Notes under the pieces: generated by a model
The model's database searches: none
The model's input: only the letters and a program-made list of their open reading frames with translations
Told to the model about the DNA's origin: nothing
Translations under genes and position numbers: made by a program
In this document: positions 16,592 through 22,813 of the stretch, piece after piece
Numbering within the stretch: the stretch's first letter is position 1
How the letters are laid out: each line of letters opens with the position of its first letter
Assembly: GCF_001548275.1 (NCBI RefSeq)
Contig: NZ_AP014945.1
Coordinates: 150,001 to 182,000, forward strand
Reading direction: 5' to 3'
Length of the DNA: 32,000 bases
From: Caldimicrobium thiodismutans
GTDB lineage: Bacteria > Desulfobacterota > Thermodesulfobacteria > Thermodesulfobacteriales > Thermodesulfobacteriaceae

Positions 16592-18611
16592 CTATCTCAA
16601 TGACCCTGACCCGAATTTTATCTCCTATTTTATAGACACTTTTTAGATCTCTGGGAGGATTATCCATTTTGGAGACATGGAGAAGTCCGATCTTTCCCGG
16701 TAAAACCTCAACAAAGAGTCCATAGGGTTCTATGCGGGTGATCTTGCCATCGTAAATCTTTCCTATCTCAACCTCTGCCACAAGATTTAAGATTTCCCTT
16801 TTAGCAGATTCAACTCCTTCCCTATTTGGACCAGATATGGAGACCCTGCCTCCTTCAAGCACCCAGATGGTAGTTCCAGTTCTATCCCGGATATCTTTAA
16901 CGGTCTTTCCTCCGGGGCCTATGATTAAAGATGCCTTATCCTCTGGAACGGTGATAATTTCAATACAGGGGGCAAAGGGGGAAAGTTCAGCCCTGGGTTG
17001 AGGTAAGACTGCATACATTTTATCAAGGATAAAGAGCCTCGCAAGCCTTGCCTGTTCCAGAGCCTTTGAGAGAACCTCCCTTTTTAGACCCTTTATTTTT
17101 ATATCCATCTGCACGCTTGTTATCCCCTCTCGGGTTCCAGCAACCTTAAAGTCCATATCTCCCAGCTGATCCTCATCTCCCAGGATATCTGTAAGAATAA
17201 GATACTTATCTTCAAAGGTTGCAAGTCCCATGGCAATGCCAGCAACATGTTTTTTAACTGGTACTCCTGCATCAAAGAGGGCAAGGGATCCTGCACAAAC
17301 AGTTGCCATAGAGGAAGAACCATTGGATTCAAGCACATTGGCAACAATTCTTATGATATAGGGAAAATCTTCTTCAGATGGGATCAGGGGCTCAAGGGCT
17401 CTTTCAGCAAGGGCACCATGCCCAATTTCTCTTCTCCTTGGAGGTCCCCAGGGACGAGCCTCTCCTGTGCAGAAGGGTGGAAAGTTGTAGTGGAGCATAA
17501 ATCTTTTAAAGGTTTCTCCCTCAAAGATAGTCTCCACAAGCTGAGCAGATTCACTTGACCCAAGGGTAACAGTTGCAAAAACCTGGGTCTGACCCCTTGT
17601 AAATATAGCTGAACCATGGGGTCTTTCAAAGGGGTGAACCTCAATGTTTATAGGTCTTATCTCTTCTGGTTTTCTTCCATCGATGCGTCTACCCTGATAA
17701 AAGAGGCTTTCCCTTAAAAGCCTTTGGAGAAGTTTTTTATAAAAAAAGGCTAATTTTACCCTTTGAGACTCCTCAATTTCAGAGGAGGCCTCTTCAAAAA
17801 TCAAGTCAAGAACCCTGTGCCTCTCAATTTTGTCTTGAATGCCAAGGGCAGACAAAACCTTTGTTTTGGTTTTAAGCTCCACAAAGTTATAAAGCTCTTG
17901 ATCTGCATAGGGTGAGGTAAAGGTGAGTTTTTGAGGTTTGAGTTTTTCAGCTAAACCTTTCTGGGAAAGGATAAGCACTTTTCCTTGTTCTAAGGCAAAG
18001 AAAAGGGCCTGTAAGAGCGTCTCTTCAGGGATTTCTTTGCCTCCTCCTTCCACCATTACAAGAGAGTCCTCTGTAAAGGCAACAACAAGGTCAAGATCAG
18101 AGTTTTGTCTTTCCTCATAGGAGGGATTCAGGATAAATTTCCCATTGCTGCGAGCAACTCTCAACCCCCCGATAGGTCCTTCAAAGGGGGCTGGAGAAAG
18201 GATTAGGGCAGCTGAAGCCCCCAGAAGGGAGAGGACATCAGGGTCATGTTTTTCATCAGCTGAAAGGGTAAGTGCTGTAACCACTACTTCATGGGAAAAA
18301 CCTTCAGGAAAAAGGGGTCTCAAAGAACGATCTATAAGGCGGGAGACCAACACTTCTCTATCTGTAGGTTTTCCCTCTCTTTTTAGAAATCCTCCCGGGA
18401 TCCTACCCCAGGCAGAACTTTGCTCCCGGTAGTCAACTGAGAGGGGAAGAAAGTCAAACCCCTCAAGAGGTTTTTCACTAATACAGGCAGTGACAAGAAC
18501 AGCTGTTCCTCCCTGTTTTACTACAACAGAGGCCCCGGCTAAACGGGCATATGCACCTGTTTCAATAATAATGGGATCTCTTCCATCTAATCTAATCTCA
18601 ACTCTTTCCAT
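16527..18611 (-). CDS. pnp: Polyribonucleotide nucleotidyltransferase (PNPase)
   Basis: 694 aa. Two RNase PH domains, a KH domain (IGPGGKTVKDI) and a C-terminal S1 domain (GKIYDGKITRIEPYGLFVEV). Confidence 0.97.
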   Translation of the reverse strand: MERVEIRLDGRDPIIIETGAYARLAGASVVVKQGGTAVLVTACISEKPLEGFDFLPLSVDYREQSSAWGRIPGGFLKREGKPTDREVLVSRLIDRSLRPLFPEGFSHEVVVTALTLSADEKHDPDVLSLLGASAALILSPAPFEGPIGGLRVARSNGKFILNPSYEERQNSDLDLVVAFTEDSLVMVEGGGKEIPEETLLQALFFALEQGKVLILSQKGLAEKLKPQKLTFTSPYADQELYNFVELKTKTKVLSALGIQDKIERHRVLDLIFEEASSEIEESQRVKLAFFYKKLLQRLLRESLFYQGRRIDGRKPEEIRPINIEVHPFERPHGSAIFTRGQTQVFATVTLGSSESAQLVETIFEGETFKRFMLHYNFPPFCTGEARPWGPPRRREIGHGALAERALEPLIPSEEDFPYIIRIVANVLESNGSSSMATVCAGSLALFDAGVPVKKHVAGIAMGLATFEDKYLILTDILGDEDQLGDMDFKVAGTREGITSVQMDIKIKGLKREVLSKALEQARLARLFILDKMYAVLPQPRAELSPFAPCIEIITVPEDKASLIIGPGGKTVKDIRDRTGTTIWVLEGGRVSISGPNREGVESAKREILNLVAEVEIGKIYDGKITRIEPYGLFVEVLPGKIGLLHVSKMDNPPRDLKSVYKIGDKIRVRVIEIDEAGRFKLTTLLGTEDAGPLL

Positions 18612-18729
18612 TTCCCCTCACCAGATTTAAATTTATTAATAAGTTTAGAGGTAGAAAAAATTTTTTCAAGGGCTTTTCTTTTCAAAAAGGATAATTATTA
18701 TAAAGTTATAAACTTCGTAGGAGGTATTT

Positions 18730-19476
18730 ATGGCCAATCTTTTGGAGGTTAAAGACCTCTGGGTTGAGGTTGAAGGAAAGGAGGTCTTAAAGGGCATAAG
18801 CCTTAATATCCCCCTCGGGGAGACCCACATTATCTTCGGGAGAAATGGATCTGGTAAAACTACCCTACTTATGACCCTTATGGGCTTTCCAAATTACAGA
18901 GTCCGTCATGGGCAGATTATCTTTAAAGGAGAGGATATTACCTATCTTCCGCCATATGAGAGAGCTAAAAGGGGAATTGGCATTATGTTTCAGAGGCCTC
19001 CTACCATTAAGGGAGTTAAATTAAGGGAGATATTAAAACTCTGTGGAAAAGAGAACGGAGTAAAAATTGAAGAGCTTGCCAGAGCTTTTCAGTTTGAGCA
19101 CTTTCTTGAAAGAGAGGTTAACCGGGGTTTTTCAGGTGGAGAAATCAAAAAGAGTGAGCTTTTGCAACTTCTTATGCAGGATCCAGACTTGGTTTTATTA
19201 GATGAGCCTGAATCAGGGGTTGATCTTGAAAATATCCATCTTATTGGCCAGATGATAAAGAAACTTTTGCAAAAGGAGACCCATCGCCCAAGAACAAAAA
19301 GTGGTCTCATTATTACCCATACAGGTTTTATCCTTCAGTATGTGACGGCTGATCTTGGATATGTAATTATGAATGGTGAGATCTACTGTAAGGGTAATCC
19401 TTTGGAGATTTTTGAGGGTATTCAGAAGTTTGGCTATGAAGGGTGCCAGAAGTGTCTAAGAAGGTGTGAATTTTGA
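18730..19476 (+). CDS. sufC: Fe-S cluster assembly ATPase SufC
   Basis: 248 aa ABC ATPase. Walker A GRNGSGKTTL, signature FSGGEIKKSE, Walker B LVLLDEPESGVD. SD AGGAGGT precedes the ATG. Confidence 0.9.
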   Translation: MANLLEVKDLWVEVEGKEVLKGISLNIPLGETHIIFGRNGSGKTTLLMTLMGFPNYRVRHGQIIFKGEDITYLPPYERAKRGIGIMFQRPPTIKGVKLREILKLCGKENGVKIEELARAFQFEHFLEREVNRGFSGGEIKKSELLQLLMQDPDLVLLDEPESGVDLENIHLIGQMIKKLLQKETHRPRTKSGLIITHTGFILQYVTADLGYVIMNGEIYCKGNPLEIFEGIQKFGYEGCQKCLRRCEF

Positions 19477-19489
19477 GAAGGAGGATAGG

Positions 19490-20647
19490 ATGAAAAATAA
19501 TCAAATAGACCCAAAGGCGTATAAATCTGCCAAGGAAGCTAATGTTTTGGAGGATCTTTCTAAGCTTTCTTCTGAGGAAAGAGAAAGGTTGAAACTTCTC
19601 GGATTAGATGAGGCCCTTCCTCATGAAGGGGAGTTCGTGCAGGTTGATGCAAAGCCAGTGCTTTGTAAGAAAAAGGTAGAAGGGCTTGAGATTATGCCTA
19701 TAACCCAGGCCTTAAAGACCTTTGATAAAATTGAAGAATATCTCTGGAAGGCGGTATCACCTGAAAAGGATGAATTCACTAAGGAGGCCGCTGAAGATCT
19801 GGATGATGGTTATTTTATCAGGGTTTTACCTGGTTATAAACTCGTTTATCCTGTGCAGACCTGTCTTTATATAAGAACCAGCCAGATTGCCCAGAAGGTT
19901 CACAATATTGTTATTGTTGAAGAAGGGGCAGAGCTTAATCTCATTACCTCCTGTTCAGTGCATCCTCATATTGATTCTGCTTTACACATTGGTATCTCAG
20001 AGTTCTATATTAAAAAGAGGGGAAAGCTTACCTTTACCATGGTGCACATGTGGGGAGAAAAGACCGCAGTTAGACCAAGAACAGGCATCTTTGTTGAGGA
20101 AGGAGGCACATATATCTCTACTTATGTTAGCCTTTTTCCTGTAAAAAGTATTCAGACCGCACCGATTTGCAGGCTAATTGGAGAGGAAGCACGCGCCTCC
20201 TTTGTAAGTATAATAGCCAATCACCCTGGTTCACATATTGACATTGGTGGAGAGGTGCACCTTGAGGCTGAAAATACAAGAACAGAGATTATTTCAAGAA
20301 ATGTGGTATACGGAGGTGTTAATATCGCCAGAGGAAAAATTATTGCTAAAGCTCCAAAAGTTAAAGGGCATCTTGAGTGTCAGGGCCTTATGCTTAGTGA
20401 TGAAGGACTGATGATGGCCATTCCCGAGCTTGACAGTCATTACTCTGATGTTGAGCTCACCCATGAGGCAGCAGTTGGAAAAATTGCAAGGGAAGAGGTT
20501 GAATATCTTATGGCAAGGGGATTAACAGAAGATGAAGCCACTTCCTTAATTGTTAAGGGATTTCTAAGTGTTAAAATTGAAGGACTTTCTCCTGAACTTC
20601 AAAAGCAGATTGACAAAACCCTTGAGCTTGCTAAACTTGGCTTTTAA
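19490..20647 (+). CDS. Fe-S cluster assembly scaffold, SufB/SufD family
   Basis: 385 aa from ATG 19490, which has SD GAAGGAGGA 5-6 nt upstream. This is preferred over the GTG start at 19466 used by the track. The C-terminal THEAAVGKIAREEVEYLMARGLTEDEATSLIVKGF is the SufBD signature. Confidence 0.85.
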   Translation: MKNNQIDPKAYKSAKEANVLEDLSKLSSEERERLKLLGLDEALPHEGEFVQVDAKPVLCKKKVEGLEIMPITQALKTFDKIEEYLWKAVSPEKDEFTKEAAEDLDDGYFIRVLPGYKLVYPVQTCLYIRTSQIAQKVHNIVIVEEGAELNLITSCSVHPHIDSALHIGISEFYIKKRGKLTFTMVHMWGEKTAVRPRTGIFVEEGGTYISTYVSLFPVKSIQTAPICRLIGEEARASFVSIIANHPGSHIDIGGEVHLEAENTRTEIISRNVVYGGVNIARGKIIAKAPKVKGHLECQGLMLSDEGLMMAIPELDSHYSDVELTHEAAVGKIAREEVEYLMARGLTEDEATSLIVKGFLSVKIEGLSPELQKQIDKTLELAKLGF

Positions 20648-21744
20648 TGAACCCCAAGCCCTGGTTAAAGGACCTTAAGCCCTATCCCCCTGGAAAAACC
20701 TTAGAAGAAATTCAGAGGGAGCTCGGGCTTGAAGGTCCTATTTATAAATTGAATTCCAATGAAAATCCTCTTGGCCCATCTCCGAAGGTAATTTCAGCTC
20801 TTAAAGAAGCCCTAACTGAAATTCATCTCTATCCAGAGGCAAGCTATAAGACCTTACGATCTGCCCTTGCCAAAAGATGGAATTTATCTCCAGAAAATAT
20901 CATCCTTGGAAATGGCTCAAACGAGATTCTTGAATTTGTCTTTAAGGCCTATCTTGAAAGGGATGACGAAATCATCATTAGTGAACCCTCCTTTTTGATG
21001 TATGAAAAATTTGGCGAGATCTATAGTGTTAAAATAAAAAAAATCCCCTTAACTCCAGATTTTAAACATAACTTAAAGGGAATCCTTTCTTCTATAACCA
21101 GTAAAACCAAAGCCATTTTTCTTGATCATCCCCACAATCCCACAGGCTCAACTTTAAAAAGGAGAGAATGGGAAGAATTTTTAGGGGAACTTCCTCAGGA
21201 CATTCTGGTAGTCCTTGATGAGGCTTATGGGGAGTTTATTGAGGATGAAGAGGTGCCTATGGGAGTTGAGTTTTTGAAAAAGGGCTATCCAGTTCTTATA
21301 ACCCGCACTTTTTCCAAAGCATTTGGGCTTGCAGGATTAAGGCTTGGTTATGGCATGGCAGATAGCTCAATCATTGACATCCTAAATCGGGTAAGACAGC
21401 CCTTCAATGTAAATCTTCTTGCAGTAAAAGCAGGTCTTGCAGTTCTTCAGGATGAAGATTACCAGAAAAGAAGTGTAGAACTTGTTTTCAGAGGGAGGAA
21501 ATACTTGAGTTCTGAGCTTTCCAAGCTGGGTTTTAAGGTTTATCCCTCACAAGCCAATTTTATTATGGTTGATTTTGACAAATGGTGTGAATCGCTTTAT
21601 GAATTTTTATTAAAAAGAGGTATATTTGTTCGACCCTTAAAGGCTTATGGATTTATTAATTGTGTAAGAATTACTATTGGGAAAGAAGAAGCCAATAAAG
21701 TTTTGATAGATAAAATCAAAGAATTTTTAATAAATTTTAAATAA
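20647..21744 (+). CDS. hisC: Histidinol-phosphate aminotransferase
   Basis: 365 aa. LNSNENPLGPSP and the PLP-Lys region RTFSKAFGLAGLRLGY are present. The ATG overlaps the sufBD stop (TAATG). Confidence 0.92.
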   Translation: MNPKPWLKDLKPYPPGKTLEEIQRELGLEGPIYKLNSNENPLGPSPKVISALKEALTEIHLYPEASYKTLRSALAKRWNLSPENIILGNGSNEILEFVFKAYLERDDEIIISEPSFLMYEKFGEIYSVKIKKIPLTPDFKHNLKGILSSITSKTKAIFLDHPHNPTGSTLKRREWEEFLGELPQDILVVLDEAYGEFIEDEEVPMGVEFLKKGYPVLITRTFSKAFGLAGLRLGYGMADSSIIDILNRVRQPFNVNLLAVKAGLAVLQDEDYQKRSVELVFRGRKYLSSELSKLGFKVYPSQANFIMVDFDKWCESLYEFLLKRGIFVRPLKAYGFINCVRITIGKEEANKVLIDKIKEFLINFK

Positions 21745-21762
21745 AATTTATAATTTAAAACC

Positions 21763-21790
21763 TTGACAAAAGTTTAAAAGATTATATTAT
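21763..21790 (+). promoter_or_regulatory. Sigma70-like promoter for small peptide gene 1
   Basis: TTGACA (21763-21768), 16-nt spacer, TATTAT (21785-21790). The TTGACAAAA box recurs upstream of peptide gene 2. Confidence 0.45.
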
Positions 21791-21829
21791 AACTCTCTTG
21801 ACGAAAACAAAACTTAGGAGGAGTAGATC

Positions 21830-21985
21830 ATGAGAAGAAAGATATTTTCTATTTTATTAGTTTGTTTTTCTTTATCTTTATTTTCACCTTTTTTAAGTTT
21901 TGGTGAGGAAAAAAAGGATACTAAAGATAATTCTACCCAACAGGAAACTCCTAAGAAAGAAAAAAAGAAAGATATTGGCTGTTAA
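21830..21985 (+). CDS. Small signal-peptide-like Lys/Glu-rich peptide, paralog 1 (51 aa; not in ORF track)
   Basis: MRRKIFSILLVCFSLSLFSPFLSFGEEKKDTKDNSTQQETPKKEKKKDIGC. SD AGGAGG lies 7 nt upstream. About 75% identical to the 22590 paralog, with many silent differences. Confidence 0.6.
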   Translation: MRRKIFSILLVCFSLSLFSPFLSFGEEKKDTKDNSTQQETPKKEKKKDIGC

Positions 21986-22005
21986 AAATATTTTTAATCT
22001 GATTG

Positions 22006-22128
22006 TTTTTACAGTTTAATGCATAAGTTCCCATTTTTACAAGAAAAAGGAAGGATGGTAAAAGGTAAGAGGTGAGAGTAAAAGAACACTTACCAGGTAA
22101 ACACATAGGTTTGTCCCTACTGTAAAAA
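22006..22128 (+). other. Long-range 10-bp perfect inverted repeat enclosing element copy B and a hairpin
   Basis: TTTTTACAGT (22006-22015) pairs with ACTGTAAAAA (22119-22128). Inside are GGTAAG/CTTACC (22064-22069 / 22089-22094) and GGTAAAC/GTTTGTC (22096-22102 / 22109-22115). Confidence 0.4.
22022..22078. repeat. Copy B of the three-copy purine-rich intergenic element
   Basis: CATAAGTTCCCATTTTTACAAGAAAAAGGAAGGATGGTAAAAGGTAAGAGGTGAGAG aligns with copies at 1665 and 29133. Confidence 0.6.
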
Positions 22129-22338
22129 TTGGAATTAGATAAATATTATTCCAAAAGGATTGACCTGGGTTGAATGCATCTCCCTGTTGCAGACAGGGCT
22201 GCCAGTGCATGTAGACAGGGGGTAAATAATTATTTGCCCCTACTAAAGGAGCTACAATAATTACAGGAGAAGCTTTTTAGTTTAAGATAAAAGAATAATC
22301 CAATTTATCTGCTAAAAAGTCAAATTTCTTAGGTGGTT

Positions 22339-22367
22339 TTGAAAGGTCATCTTAGTTAATCTATAAT
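22339..22367 (+). promoter_or_regulatory. Near-consensus sigma70 promoter inside the ORF-free spacer
   Basis: TTGAAA (22339-22344), exactly 17 nt, TATAAT (22362-22367). No ORF of 60 aa or more follows before peptide gene 2. Confidence 0.4.
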
Positions 22368-22490
22368 GTCACTTACTTGCGCAGGAAGGGAGGCCACATA
22401 GTATGTTACAACAGGTATCACTATACAATAATTGTGTTCCATTTAAAAAATCCTATTGACTTTCAAAAGATAATGGCGCAAACATTGATA

Positions 22491-22518
22491 TTGACAAAAA
22501 TGTAAATTGATTTAAAAT
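22491..22518 (+). promoter_or_regulatory. Sigma70-like promoter proximal to small peptide gene 2
   Basis: TTGACA (22491-22496), 16-nt spacer, TAAAAT (22513-22518). The -35 context TTGACAAAA is shared with the gene 1 promoter. Confidence 0.4.
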
Positions 22519-22589
22519 CCATTTTATATTTTATAGAGAGATTAAAAAAAATCTTTAAAGATTTTTTTAGTAAAAACAAGGGGAGAATT

Positions 22590-22763
22590 ATGAGAAGAAA
22601 GGTAATGGCCCTTTTATTAGTTAGCTTTTCATTAGCCCTATTTTCACCCTTTTTAAGTTTAGCAGAAGAAAAAAAGGAAACTAAGGATAATGCTACTCAA
22701 AAGGAAACCCCCCAAAAAGAAAAAAAGAAGAGAGATAGGCTGTTAAATCCCTATAGCTCATAA
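22590..22763 (+). CDS. Small signal-peptide-like Lys/Glu-rich peptide, paralog 2 (57 aa; not in ORF track)
   Basis: MRRKVMALLLVSFSLALFSPFLSLAEEKKETKDNATQKETPQKEKKKRDRLLNPYSS. SD GGGGAG lies 5-6 nt upstream of the ATG. Confidence 0.6.
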   Translation: MRRKVMALLLVSFSLALFSPFLSLAEEKKETKDNATQKETPQKEKKKRDRLLNPYSS

Positions 22764-22772
22764 AATTTTGAG

Positions 22773-22798
22773 TAAATCTTTGCAGATTTAACTTTTTG
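22773..22798 (+). terminator. Weak hairpin plus T-run between peptide gene 2 and the GGDEF-EAL gene
   Basis: TAAATCT-ttgc-AGATTTA (22773-22790) followed by ACTTTTT. The stem is AU-rich, so read-through into the next gene is plausible. Confidence 0.35.
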
Positions 22799-22813
22799 AT
22801 ATAAAATTATCTT

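Noticed and set aside
18655-18671. Shared 17-18-nt motif GAAAAAA(A)TTTTTTCAAG upstream of pnp (18655-18671) and of the desulforedoxin-like gene (29077-29094)
   Set aside because: On the minus strand it supplies a TTGAAA -35-like box, but no consistent -10 follows at both sites. An A6T6 tract is expected by chance in AT-rich promoter DNA. This is noted only as a possible UP-element-like feature.
19466-19489. GTG start at 19466 for the SufBD gene, as in the ORF track
   Set aside because: It would overlap the sufC stop, and the extension itself encodes the SD (GAAGGAGGA). ATG 19490, with ideal SD spacing, is the better start.
22037-22210. 57-aa minus-strand ORF (MHWQPCLQQGDAF...SPLTFYHPSFFL) in the spacer between the peptide genes
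   Set aside because: It has no SD. Its sequence shows no similarity to the other two minus-strand ORFs except the tail imposed by the repeat element. It runs through the hairpin-rich segment, so it is more likely non-coding.
22374-22813. c-di-GMP (GEMM-type) or other known riboswitch upstream of the GGDEF-EAL gene
   Set aside because: I looked for the conserved GEMM-I/II cores and for preQ1, fluoride, ZTP and guanidine consensus segments. I could not find convincing matches by eye, and a covariance-model scan would be needed to be sure.
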